The notes under the pieces are model-generated. The model saw only the letters and a program-made list of their open reading frames with translations, was not told the DNA's origin and searched no databases. Positions 11,632-23,097 of a stretch of DNA of 47,786 nucleotides are shown piece after piece. The translations under genes were made by a program, and so were the position numbers. The stretch covers positions 4,097,567 to 4,145,352 of the forward strand of contig BFEA01000023.1 of assembly GCA_003427395.1 (NCBI GenBank), in the 5' to 3' direction. The stretch's first letter is position 1, and each line of letters starts with the position of its first letter. The DNA comes from Chara braunii (Eukaryota > Plantae > Charophyceae).

Positions 11632-14600
11632 ATTGGCTTAAACGAAAAAACTCATAGTACTGTTGTTCGAGATCGATGCCAGAACTCCCAGAAAGGAAGA
11701 TATTACAGGTTACATAGGAGAGTTTGAAACTGACAGCCAATGACAGCCAAGATAGACGGCAAGATTACCAGAGAACAGGCATGCACAGTTCCTCGGCTGG
11801 TGATCGTTGTACAGTGCCACACCTTTGCTCATGACGGCACTTGCCACTTGTGGAAAATTCTTGTCCTGCAGGATGAGAAAGCATTGAAACACAAAAAAAA
11901 TGAGGGTGTAAGACCGACCACAGCTTCTCAGAATACCTACCTCCACGCTAAGACAATCACACTTTTCAAGGATACCTCCACACTAAGTACCACACAAAAA
12001 ATTGTCGGGGTAACCTGATGTCTGGAACCCAGCCTCTACAACAACCTGAGCTTTAAGAAAGAAAAGAAAAAGACGACGAAAACGAGAGAAGCTATTCCGG
12101 AGGACTTCGTACCATCCATTCGAGTGTAGTTGGGCTGGGCTTAACTGCCCACGCCACTAGGCCCAAACTGATCTTTTTCTTTCTTTTTTCCCCATCTAAT
12201 AAACAAACCCTTTTTAATAAATTTTTATTGCAAAAAAGATCTAATTGCATACGAAATAAGCTTTTCACTTGTACGCAAGTCACATTCATACCAAAGAAAC
12301 TTTAAAAAGTTTAAACCACCGGTACTTCCTACAGTCGTCCTTGTAAACAAAACCGCGACTTTAGGAAACGTACGGGCCACTACAGAGGCGCCCAAATTCA
12401 TCCGGTTAGAAACATTTCTGCTCTATTTTTTTCCACGGCCCATAGTTGGGCCAAGTACTGGTGGTTTAAGAAAGTGATCCAAAAATGCATTTGCCGTAAG
12501 GTTTCTGGATATTGAATGCCAGAGATTCTTCCTATCCGGTATTGGAGTCCTGCAAGGAGAGCACACATACATACCTGATCGGTACAAATGGCATAGCACA
12601 GCATAGCATAGAATAGCAGACAATCACAAGATAGAAAGTAATCCAAACAGGGATTTGACTTCAACTGCCAGTACGTCGCCCACGGAAAACATGAGAAATC
12701 AAAACTCATACGCAAATCGTAGCAATGGTAGCATAACATCGCAGAGGGAGACAGAGCGGAACATGGCTTCAGATACCGACTGAATATATTTTCAAGCTCC
12801 TACCTAGTACATTCCGAGATTTGGTACGCTAAGATAGCTGAGATTAATCGCAACGCAGAGCAGTACCAGAGCTTGACTACCGCCTTCGCCCCAATACAAT
12901 GTATGGGCATTTTATAATTTTTATTGGCATTTATTGCTGTTTTTGGACTGAACGATATCCCAAATACAGCTAGAATAACTATGCTCTACTCAGGTGAAGA
13001 CAGTAGTTGCTTGAATATACACCAGTACACTACATTTTGCAGCAGAGCAAAGCAAGGCCGCATGGAGAACAGAACAGAAGAGCACAGTAGAATAGAGCAG
13101 TAAAGCAGAGCGCCTGGTGGCTTCTTGTATCGTCAATTGGTCTCATTTGTAGGGCTTCTACTGTTTCCCTACATTCCGATATAGCTTATATTCCAGGACA
13201 GCTGAGATTAATGGCAAAGAAGTGCAGAACTGGCAGACCTTAACGACTTGCTCGAATATAACCCCACAAATTCAGAACACTACAATTCGCAGCAGAGCAA
13301 ACACAACACTTCGCAGCAGAGCAAAGCTAGGCTGGGCAGAGAACAGAACGGAGAGCACAGTAGAACAGATGCTGTAAAGAAGACAGCACAGCGGATGATT
13401 GTATCCCAAGGCTAATGTTCTACATATCACTGCAAGAGGACAGTAACCTTTGGTGGGCTGCGCAGGAGGGTGATGATTTGCTGTGCCAATTTGCTAGCAA
13501 TTTGGTAGCAAATAATATGTTTGAGAGTCGGACATTCATCCTGTATTTATCGACTCCACCTCATCCCGAAGAAAAAAAAAAAAAAAAAGGGGAAGTATGT
13601 TTATGTCACATGGGAGTTTGTAATGGGCACAAAAAACAGCCTTCGGCGTCTGTGTCAGGGCCTGAGTTCGAAAAGGCGTTCGGGCGGNNNNNNNNNNNNN
13701 NNNNNNNNNNNNNNNNNNNNNNNNNNNNNNNNNNNNNNNNNNNNNNNNNNNNNNNNNNNNNNNNNNNNNNNNNNNNNNNNNNNNNNNNNNNNNTACATCT
13801 CGGCCGTGGCCAATCTGGGGTGTGGCCGAGACATCTCGGCCGTGGCCAATCTGGGGTGTGGCCGATACATCTCGGCCGTGGCCAACCTGGGGTGTGGCCG
13901 AGACATCTCGGCCGTGGCCAATCTGGGGTGTGGCCGAGACATTTCGGCCGTGGCCAATCTGGGGTGACCATGGGCCCGATACACCATTTTTTATTTTTTA
14001 TTTTTTATTTTCCCTCCACGCCGCTGCGCGGCGCGGCGCAGCGCTACCGACCGGAAAAAAAAAAAAAAACACTTTTTTTTCTCCTTCCAGCCGCGGTGTG
14101 GCGCGCACGGCACGACCGGAGAAAACAAAAAAAAAAAGAAAACAAACAAACAAACAAACACAACCGCCTTTCCGAACTCCGCCCTGACACCACTGCTGGC
14201 CTCAAGTTACGAACGCCTTTTCGAACTCAGGCCCTGACACAGTCGCCGAAGGCCTGTTTTTCGTGCCTTTAGGAACTCAAAACATGCCGCGTCCGCCGTT
14301 GTTTCAAAGAAAAAAGGAAGAGAGGAGCAAACAGCATGAGGCACACTGTAATTGTTGACGGTCGGAACATTCAAAAACACTGTGCCTCAACTCAAATTTA
14401 GCTGAGATTGCATGTTCTCACCCAGCAACGGCACCCTGGACATCCGATTGTCGACTTCAGAATTCATGACACCCCCCATTATGACCCCTATGGTCACAAA
14501 TGAGGAACTCGGGTAGTGGAAACTTGCCCCAGGGGAAGAACAAAATGCACATCGCAAAAACGTACACAGGCTTCAATCTTGCAGTGAATTCATCAATGCA

Positions 14601-14899
14601 TACAGCACCCTGCACAGCGCTGGTCAATGTCATCATAATTCACAACACCCTCGTGACCTGTCGTCAGAAATGAGGAATGCAGGTAGTGAAACCCTGCCCC
14701 AGGGGGATACTAAAACCCACATCGCAAAGATGTTCAGCCTCTAATCTTGCAATGAATACGTCAATGCACACCAGAGCTGCACACCGCAGGGCCCATTGCC
14801 CTTCTGCCAATCACTGCCAGACTGCCAGATTGTGTGCTTCATAGTTCATCAGAATGACTCGATGGCATGAAGTGTTGTGTTACAAGTCAAATGTTCCTG

Positions 14900-14938
<39 letters not shown>

Positions 14939-15215
14939 GGGGGTGGACTGCATGAAGGGTTGCTTCACGTGCCCGGTTAGCCTCTGCCCTGGGTTTGCTT
15001 GAGCTGGGCTGCCATCAATTGCTGAGGCTGGCCGGAGCCTCATCGCCAAGGATGCAATCTGGTGGGCTAGCCGCTGATATGGCATGGTTCCATACCAGAT
15101 GTGTCCCCTGTAGACAGCTCTAGGGGTCCCAGGGGAATTGCAACTGCTCAACCAGTGAAAATCGATGCACTCAGCCTACAATAGGTATCAGGTAGCTGTC
15201 CTTCAGGACATCCGT

Positions 15216-15247
<32 letters not shown>

Positions 15248-18200
15248 GGCCCCTGCGCAAGGATGACACGCATAAATCGAGAAGAGAAATGGTCCAAATT
15301 CTATAAAAAAAAAAAAAAAAAGGTATCAGGTAGCTAATATTGTGTCTTACTCTGAATATTGTTTAGGGAAAATAACATGGATTATTGATTGCGCATAGGC
15401 GTCTTGCATAAACTATATATTTAATATTTATACTAATTTTATACTAATTTTATACTAATTTATAGAAAATATTTTATAAATTTCCAGGAGAAGTTGGACA
15501 ACCGCAAAACCAAAATGGTTTGTGGCTCCACAGGATGCGTCAACGACACCCTAGGAGTCGTGCTGCTGGGAGAGGCTTCGACCACTTAGGCAGCTCCGCA
15601 AAAACAGGCAAGGACTGGCAGAGGAAAAATACAATTTCAGAATTTTCAGTGCATTATAGGGCACAGCGACCTCGCAACAGGCAAGTCTGTTCTTCGACTC
15701 CAAGACTCGTGCATGAAAAAGGGTCTTTGAGAGATGCATGACGTTGTCGCCCAGATGCCTTGCTGATTTGTTCAGACACCTCTGCTAGAACACCTGGACT
15801 GCACAAACTGCCACTCTGACAGATCGCGATCCAGTTGACGGCGTTCATTCGGCAGATTTTGGGCACATCTGATCTTGTTAAGGGCATACTCACACTAGGC
15901 CCTCAAAATCACAAAATCCCAAAATGAGCGGCCAGATCTAGTCCTGCCTTTACAAGGACTCGATCTGGCCGCTCATTTTGTGATTTTGCGATTTTGTGAT
16001 TTTGAGGGCCTAGTGTGAGTATGCCCTAAGCGAAGAAATTGTTCTTTGTTACTTGCGCTTCAAACCACTAATTGGTAGACTGGCAATGCGTCAGAACACG
16101 GAGAGGCAGCCCCAGTCACACATTTGGTCTGCGAGCTGCAGGGGAGGTACTGGGGGGGGGTGCATAAAATTTTGAGTCCTCATCCATCACTCTTGGGGTA
16201 CGTAAACTGGATATATGCTGGGAACTCCGCCGAATATCCGACCAAATGAGAAGAAAAAAAATTGAGTCCATCATGGACGTAGACTAGGTTGCACTGTGTT
16301 AGAGAAAAATACGAGAGAGACCAAAGGAAATCCATTTGACTGGACAAAGGTGTGGTAGCTCAGTTGGTTCGATCTCGGGTGCTGTAACCGAGAGGTTGTG
16401 GGTTCAACTCGCTCAGTTGCATGACACCCCATGGACTTGTCCCCCAGCCTGGCAAAGCACACACACATAGCTGAGGTTTGTTTGGGGGACTATGATACAG
16501 ATTGGCGGATTCCAGTCAATAGAGATAGGGTGCTTACGGTTAGTGATGGAGACCAGGGATAAGAGAGAGCTGCTGTGCGGCGCAAACATAGGGGGTCCTT
16601 GATCTATCCCGAGACAGGGACTGGGGGGAGGGGCGTGCAGTAGGTGAAAAAGATGAGGTTGGGATTGGGATTTTCCGCTGTGCGGCACAAACACAAGGGG
16701 TCCTCGATCTACCTCGAGACAGGAAATGGGGAGGGGGGGGGGGGTGCAGTAGGTGAAAAAGATGAGGTTTGGGATTTTTATTCATTCAATTCTTCTTCGC
16801 GGTTGGGATGTCGGGGCCTCATCCTCGCGAGGCAAAAAAAAAAAAAAAAAAACAAAAAACCCTTTGAAAAAGGGAATCCTTTTGACTGCAAAACAAACAC
16901 TGGTGCAAAGTTGCAAACCAAGTTAAGTTTGCTAACCAAATCCATATGATTGCCCCTCCATCCTGTGAAGGCGATGAGGGGAAAACAGGCTCATCCAAGC
17001 CGGTGGCTCAAAGGGGTTCATAATTCTTTTACTTTAGGGGTACAGTACTCTGCCGAACGTACATGAGTCGCACTTGGAAATAAATTTTGGTCAGGTTCGG
17101 GTGAATGATCTATGCAAGCAAACGAGTCAGAGCGCAGACACTTTCGCGATTACGCCTTTGCTCTTACTATGGCACCGGAACACCATAGGTGAAAGATCTA
17201 TATAAATTATATATGAATAAATAAGCCAAAGAGATGAAAGAGAGGCATTTGTGGAATCAATCCTTTCTTTCAAGGCTGCCAAATATATGAATAAATAAGC
17301 CAAAGTTGCCCATTCCTTAGTGTCACCCAGGACTATGAAACGAAACGTTACTCGCACTAACTTCTTTCCCAGAATACAACGTACGCCGTACGGCCATTAT
17401 ATCTGCATTTGGACTGAAAGATGCAACAAATACCGCTTTAATGACAGTATGTTTACAACATTTTCCGGGGAAGAAGGCAGGACTTCCCTGATGCATACAA
17501 CCACAATTGCAGGCAATATCAGTTCCCTGATGCATATGACCACAATTGCAGGCAATACCAGTTATAGAGAGTCCACACTTGAGACAGCCTTTATTTTTAT
17601 GTGGTGTTATGTAAAGTCAAGTTTCCACCAATGTGAAGCTGTCCCCTAACTCAAGTTTCTCCTTCTTCTGTAAAGACCTGCCAAAAGAGGGGAGGAGATA
17701 AGGAGGAGGAGAGTGGTTGGTGAAGAAGAACGAGCATTATCATTGGTCTATGCTGGTGTGCATCATCTTCTTTTCTTTTTTCTTTTTTTCCCTTCTTCTT
17801 CTTCGTCTTCTTCTTCTTCTTTGGGCCTTGCCGCACGGCACAACTAACGAAACGAAACGATCACCAGAGTCGCGAGGCCTCACGAAGCCCTGATGCACCG
17901 TTTCGCTTCGTTTTTTGCCTCACCGCCCCACAGCACACACGAAAACTCTAACGACTTTCAAAAAAAAAAAAAGAAAAAAAAAAAAAACTCTAATGACAAC
18001 GCCCTGGCGACAGCAGTGCGGGATTCGTTTTGCTACGGTCCAAATTTCCGGACGCTACGGTCCAAGTGCTTGGATGGAATTGGGTTGGAGCGATGCAGCA
18101 CACTCGTGAGATTTCGCAGCTCCTCCAGCCTACCAGTGGAGGACCTACAAGTTCGCGAGGGCTGCAGGCAGGGAGGAGTCGGCACACTCGTGAGGCCTCG

Positions 18201-19519
18201 CGAACTTCGAGGCTGACAGCATTCACGAGTTTTTTCTGACACAGTTCGTGTGGGTGCTATGCGGCGACGACTTCACGAAACGAAGTCGTTTTTTTTTTCG
18301 TTTCATGCACCGTGCGGCGAGGCCCTTTGCCTCTCTCTCCTTTCAAGTTCATTCATTTCTTTTTGCAACTGGAAGGCATTGTACTTTTTGATGAATATGT
18401 ACTTCGAATCAGGACAGGATCATTTTGTTTGTTTGTTTTGGAATCGAAGGCAGTCGTGGGGATCGCACACTTACGGCTGTGTTTCCTACCCCTATGGTTT
18501 GACTAATGCTGGCTGAAGGTTGTGAAACGACTTACATCTAGCCAATCCGGAACTGGGTGACCGTAAAGCCAGGACTCCAAAACCGCTACCTTCCATATAG
18601 GACTCTATCCCTTCCATTTCCCCCACTGTCAGAAGCATTATCTTCGCCTTGACTACCGCATCTTTCTCTAGATTCGAACAGGCCATCGCTGCAGAAAGCA
18701 CCGCTAATTTTTGCTGTGTCATTTCCCGAAGGACAAGTGCCCATCCGTCTGAAACATTCACTGCCCACTTTTACCCGTAGAGAGTTCAACTCCAGGGGCG
18801 AGGTCCACCGGTCCAGATTACACAAATTTTCTTTTTCTGTTTCTGTCTTTCTGAGCCACATTCATTGCCTGAGATCAACGATCAGAAATGGAGAATCCGG
18901 GTAAATCGGACCTTGCACCAGAGGCAAAGACCACCTGAGCCTCAGAAAAACCTGCACCTTTCTACCTTTGCAAACTTGTCCAAGGGGTCTGAGCCTTGCA
19001 TATCGTTTCAAATTTCACTGGCAACACAGTCTAGAGGGGGGTGTACGAAGAGGGGACAGAGCATGCGTAGGGTAGGGTTGCTTTTCCACCACAGCACGGC
19101 AGGATAGGGTGAAAACGTGAAAGTCGAAACATTGCTTCCACTTCATGTGTTGCAGACGAATGTTCTCGCTTTTGGGGGGGGGCAAGTTCGAAAACAGAAA
19201 ACAAATTCCTCGCATTTCTTTTTAACACTTTCTATCGTCTTGAAAAATAGAAGGGAAAATGAGTTGCCATCGTTCTCCAATGCTTGCTAGCTCAGAAACA
19301 TACCGATAAGGCCTCCATGTCTTGCAAGTCTCCGTACATGCCACATGATACATCATACGATCCCGCGGGCATTACTTCCTCTGAATTCGCTGCCACTGCT
19401 GCTCTGAGAAGTAGGTGCAACACAACCATTGCCACCTCCCTCCACCTATTTGCTGCCCACCAACCATGCTCCGGTCGAGGTCTTCGCCATCCAACCAGCA
19501 ATACTCCTTGTCGCGCCAT
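6766..19519 (-). CDS. Putative multi-exon gene for a signal-peptide-bearing membrane protein (exon chain only partly resolved)
   Basis: Candidate exons with splice signals: 19304-19519 (ATG, hydrophobic [16 protein letters not shown], donor TCG|gtatgt); 18966-19030 (ctctag|...AG|gtag); ~15670-15874; 11769-11865 (ctgcag|...G|gtaatc); 9783-10129 (cgcag|...GAG|gcaagt); ~8712-8851; 6766-7860. Some neighbouring phases match (19304 to 19030, 11769 to 10129) and others do not, so exons are missing or miscalled. Confidence 0.4.
8243..8303 (+). repeat. (CA)n microsatellite
   Basis: Seen directly. Confidence 0.95.
9612..9738 (+). pseudogene. U6: Degenerate U6 snRNA copy with an 11-nt internal insertion
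   Basis: gtcctccaggaca...aattggaacgctACAGAGAAG[ggtaattacag]attAGC...gcccctgtgcaaggatgacacgcataaatcgagaaatg matches plant U6; followed by T5 and A8. Confidence 0.85.
9783..10129 (-). CDS. Candidate internal exon ([18 protein letters not shown]...KHIDE)
   Basis: 115-codon non-repetitive open frame bounded by acceptor gtgctcgcag and a possible GC donor (GAG|GCAAGT). Confidence 0.5.
11475..11628 (+). repeat. (GA)n microsatellite containing a 40-N gap (11529-11568)
   Basis: Seen directly. Confidence 0.95.
12098..12151 (-). pseudogene. cox1: NUMT: cox1 C-terminal fragment
   Basis: Translates [18 protein letters not shown]; compare streptophyte COX1 PWAVEQNxTTLEWMVQSPPAFH (from memory). Confidence 0.8.
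12278..12556 (-). pseudogene. cox1: NUMT: cox1 TM11-region fragment split by a TTAA MITE
   Basis: [29 protein letters not shown] (12470-12556) then FFGMNVT (12278-12298); compare COX1 [35 protein letters not shown]. Confidence 0.85.
12315..12465. mobile_element. TTAA-flanked MITE (TIR ACCACCRGTACTT)
   Basis: TTAA at 12311-12314 and 12466-12469; interrupts the cox1 fragment. Confidence 0.85.
13625..14268. mobile_element. Foldback element with ~58-bp TIRs enclosing a 33-bp minisatellite (13794-13966) and a gap (13688-13793)
   Basis: ggcacaaaaaacagccttcggcg...gttcgaaaaggcgttcg is the inverse of cgaacgccttttcgaactc...cgaaggcctgtttttcgtgcc. The internal 33-bp unit contains CATCTCGGCCGTGGCCAATCTGGGGTGTGGCCGA. 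Confidence 0.75.
15198..15320 (+). pseudogene. U6: Processed U6 snRNA retrocopy
   Basis: Full-length plant-type U6 at 15198-15300 (ACAGAGA box, AGC triad, intact ISL, a 5-nt GAGAA duplication near the 3' end), then an A-tail and a perfect 15-bp TSD AGGTATCAGGTAGCT at 15183-15197 and 15321-15335. Confidence 0.95.
15882..16026. mobile_element. PIF/Harbinger-type (Tourist-like) MITE
   Basis: ~37-bp TIR GGGCATACTCACACTAGGCCCTCAAAATCACAAAATC with TAA TSD (15879-15881, 16027-16029). Related termini at ~5222-5345, ~8905-9002, 25742-25985, 29532-29651 and 41505. Confidence 0.85.
16349..16860 (+). mobile_element. tRNA-derived SINE
   Basis: A box TAGCTCAGTTGG (16356) and B box GGTTCAACTC (16401) in a tRNA-like head; body with a ~115-bp internal direct repeat; A-rich tail ~16834-16859; degenerate flanking duplication aaaggRaatccWtttgactg (16323 and ~16869). 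Confidence 0.6.
19304..19519 (-). CDS. Candidate first coding exon with signal peptide
   Basis: [11 protein letters not shown]...[44 protein letters not shown], ending at donor gtatgt; A-rich context before ATG; (GA)n tract upstream. Confidence 0.5.
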
Positions 19520-19536
19520 TGTTTTTTTTGCATTCA

Positions 19537-19539
<3 letters not shown>

Positions 19540-19616
<77 letters not shown>
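19540..19616 (+). repeat. (CT)n microsatellite; others at 24661-24723, 38820-38871, 39058-39125, and (GA)n at 44795-44835
   Basis: Seen directly. Confidence 0.95.
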
Positions 19617-19619
<3 letters not shown>

Positions 19620-20197
19620 TGATTCTCAATCTCCCTCCGCCTGTCCGTTATGCCAAAAGGTCTCACAGAGGACAGGGTTACCTGTACATACCCGACAACA
19701 GAAACAGGCAATGTTCAATTAACACTCAACTCCTCCGTGTAGGTAAAGGCTTTTTTTTTCACTTCATCCTCGGATAAGGAAAAAAATCCCTGAAAAAAAA
19801 TAACACTTACATAATGAAATTTAAAACATTCGTCTTGGAGAAGGTCACTTACATAATGAAATTTAAAACATTCGTCTTGGAGAAGGTCCCAAAGTCCCAT
19901 TAGCCAAGGATGGGACCAATGCAACATATGAGTAACCTGTTGTATCTATCCTTTTTCTTTTCCTTTTCTTTTCATTTTTTCTGCTCTTTCTCTTTTGAAA
20001 GGGTGATGGATGGCCTTTATCATCATTGAGCTGACAGGCCCCAGGTAGTTCAGAATTATTTTGATTGGATCCGGATTCGAACTTGGGCCCGTATTTCAAC
20101 AGTTTAGGGGTGTAGCAACTGAGCTAGGCCCGTTGGTCGACATCAGGAGATCCTACAGAGGCATGAAAACAACCCCTGCTATTCCTTAACACTGCCA

Positions 20198-20387
20198 ATG
20201 CCAGTGTGAAATGACCTTACCACCAAGTCTGACACCGCAGAGACACTAGAATGGTAATGCCAGTGTGAAATGACCTTGCCACCAAGTCTGACACNCCACC
20301 AAGTCTGACACTGCAGAGACACTAGAATGGTAATGCCAGTGTGAAATGACCTTACCACCAAGTCTGACATCGCAGAGACACTAGAAT
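20198..20387 (+). repeat. ~60-bp tandem repeat, 3 copies
   Basis: Unit ATGCCAGTGTGAAATGACCTTACCACCAAGTCTGACACYGCAGAGACACTAGAATGGTA. Confidence 0.85.
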
Positions 20388-21392
20388 CGTAGATCATTTG
20401 CAAACACTCTACTCTACGCTCCTTAAATTATTTATTTCCCAGCTTCTTACCTTCATTCCATTTGAGAAATGAGAAACAAGCTCATGCGGTAATGGGATGT
20501 CAGACCCCTCTGAAGGTAAAGACTATCCGATGTCATGATAACCACTTATGCGCCTTTTCTTTGCAGACGGCATCCTCCATAGCATCAATTTCAGGCTTAA
20601 AACATCAGCCATTGGATTACATGTGATCCTTTGGAGGGGTAGCATGGTCCCATTGTTACTTTTATTCGTCCGATCACAGATGCCTCCAAATTATCAGATC
20701 TGGTGGCTAATGGGATCTTCCCCTACTAGATTCATTTGTTGAACTCCATTCATCTCCATTTCTTTTTTTCTTGTCTTTTTTTTCTGTTTTTTTTTTTTTT
20801 NAACATTTTTTTTGAAGTTCCCCCCCCCCCCNCCCCCCCCCCNTCTCCATTTCTAACTTTTGGAGCTTTCCATTTGTTTCTTTTTTTATTATTCGTTTTC
20901 CATCTTGACATTGCGTTTGGAGCTCTTCAGATTTCCAGAGTTTCATGAAGGGAGATCTGTGGCGGAGTGGCACTCAGCTCTTGCGTAGGCAGTTTTGGCT
21001 GGTGAGGTGGAGGGAGAAGTTCCAGCTTTACTGGAGGCTACCGGTACCCTCTTCCAGACAATTTGATCAGGTACCAGTTCAGTTTGCAAACACAATCGAA
21101 CCGAGAAAAACATAATCGAACCGAGAAAAACACAATCGAACCGAGAAAGTGGTCTGACCGACCAGACGCTCACCATCAGTAACCACCACCTCCCTCGTGT
21201 GCATTTGACACATCCCCCTGGGGTCTCGTCACTCAGTCGACGTCACAACCATGGAAACGTATGTCCTATCGAATTTGCTAGTGGGAACTCACCCTGGTGC
21301 AAGTACATCAATTATGCTTGCATCTCCAGCACATGCCAGCAGACTGGTCACTGTCCCGTGACTGAAGGCCATACACCTTCAGACAAGCAATG

Positions 21393-22056
21393 TTAAAGTC
21401 CAGCAGCCAGTGCTGTTAACGTCTTCACCCGAATAAAGAATTGCAGGGTCTGCACCTTCAGACAAGCAATCTTTAAACCACCGGTACTTCCTAAAGTCGT
21501 GCCCGTTATCACGCCGTTTCCACTTGGCTGAATCGGGCCTACCGGCCCAGGCCCGTTCATCCCAAAAGCCACGCCCGTTAACGCGGAGCACTTTTAGGAG
21601 GTACTGGTGGTTTAACAAGCCACGATTTTAGGAAACGTACAGGCCACTACAGTAGTGCCCAAATCCATCCGACAAGAAATGTTTCTACTCTATTTTTTTT
21701 CCACGGACAATAGCTGGGCCAAGTACTGGTGGTTTAAGTCCAGTAGCCAGTGTTGTCACCGTCTTCACCCGAATAGAATGCAGGGTCTGCACCTTCAGAC
21801 GAGCAATCTTTAAAGCACCAGTACATGGCCCCAGCCAAGTTGAGTCCGATTGAGCCTCTCCTGAAATTCAGGAGCCTCGCGCGCCGTCTATAAAATAAAT
21901 CGACGGCGGGCGGCCTCCAAAAGGACCCCACGGCCAATGCCAATGGCTGGCATGTACTGGTGGTTTTAAGTCCAGCCGCCAGTGCTGTTACCATCTTCCA
22001 CCCGAATAGAACACACGGTCTGCAATAATGGGCATTCTATTTGGGTGAAGATGATA
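21393..22056. mobile_element. Cluster of nested or duplicated TTAA-MITEs and TA-MITE halves
   Basis: Three repeats of aagtccagyagccagtgytgt...gtcttcacccgaata interleaved with ttaa-ACCACC/GCACCAGTAC...GTACTGGTGGT-ttaa units (21477-21611, to 21733, 21814-21965). Confidence 0.7.
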
Positions 22057-22204
22057 GGTGTCTTTCCCAAAGGAAAAAGAGGGATTGTCCAGTCACAAAC
22101 CGACATTTCATGACGACTTGTAGCACGGACCAGGGCAACGCAGCATGTTCATGACAACATCGGGCATGCTTACAGCTGTGCACACTCAATACATTCTGCG
22201 CTCA

Positions 22205-22388
22205 GGGAAGACTTACTTTTCCACCTTCCCCGTTATGTTATTGCATGCATCTAACGAGAACCCTGCATTGAGCACATCGTGTCAAGTGCCCGAATAAAAT
22301 GCGCGAGTACTATCGATGTGCTCAATGCAGGGTTCTCGTTAGATGCATGCAATAACATAATGGGGAAGGTGGAAAAGTAAGTCTTCCC
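22205..22388. repeat. 75-bp near-perfect inverted repeat with 34-nt loop
   Basis: Arms 22205-22279 and 22314-22388 differ by one position (a G:U pair on the + strand). Confidence 0.9.
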
Positions 22389-23097
22389 TTAGCACAACGC
22401 TGAATGACACGATGTGCACACTCAATACATTCGTTAGATGCATGCAATAACATGACAGGGAACGTGGAAAAGTAAGTCTTCCCTTAGCACAACGCCGCAA
22501 GACTTAGTGGGGCGCAACTGTTTGTGAGCGCAGCATGGACACGTGTGCCATATCATCCACCTGACCCTGCAATACATTTCCACCTTCCCCGAATAAAATG
22601 CGCGAGTACTATCGATGTGCTCAACGCAGGTTTCTCGTTAGACGCATGCAATATCATAATATTGTCCACACCCAATGCTGGCACCACTTGTAGACAGGGA
22701 AGGAGATGTTGTTAGCAGACCTGAACATGACCCCAAATACCCGTGTAGACAGACTCGAAGAAGACGAGAGGAGGAGATTCCCGCACGTGAAACAGAGGAA
22801 GGAGATGCTAGCACACCAACACATGACCCCAAATATCCCTGTAGACAAGAATCGAGGAAGACAGAGGGAAATTCCAGCACTTGCCACGAGAACCCAAACA
22901 CCAATGCAGAGAGAACAACAGTGTGAGAGGATGGGAAAAAAGGTCCAAAGAGACAGTCCTGCAGGGTCAGTTTATTTGGCTCCAGCCCTTCACACAATGT
23001 ACACATTCATACTTCGAAGTGTAAACCTACCCACGCAAACCGGCCTGATTTCTGCTACAATAGCACGAACTTACCACCCGTGGGACCTAACACTTAA

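Noticed and set aside
13794-13966. CRISPR-like regular repeats (also 378-560, 5416-5520, 20198-20387)
   Set aside because: Units are head-to-tail with no unique spacers, there are no cas genes, and the context is eukaryotic; these are minisatellites.
15198-15300. Functional U6 gene
   Set aside because: Poly(A) and TSD are present, there is no oligo(T) terminator, I recognised no USE/TATA upstream, and it has a 5-nt duplication.
16349-16422. Functional tRNA gene
   Set aside because: Acceptor and T stems do not pair properly, the anticodon loop is irregular, and it continues into a body with an A-tail.
16985-17115. Group II intron domain V-like sequence
   Set aside because: Lacks the AGC/CGC triad and the paired hairpin consensus.
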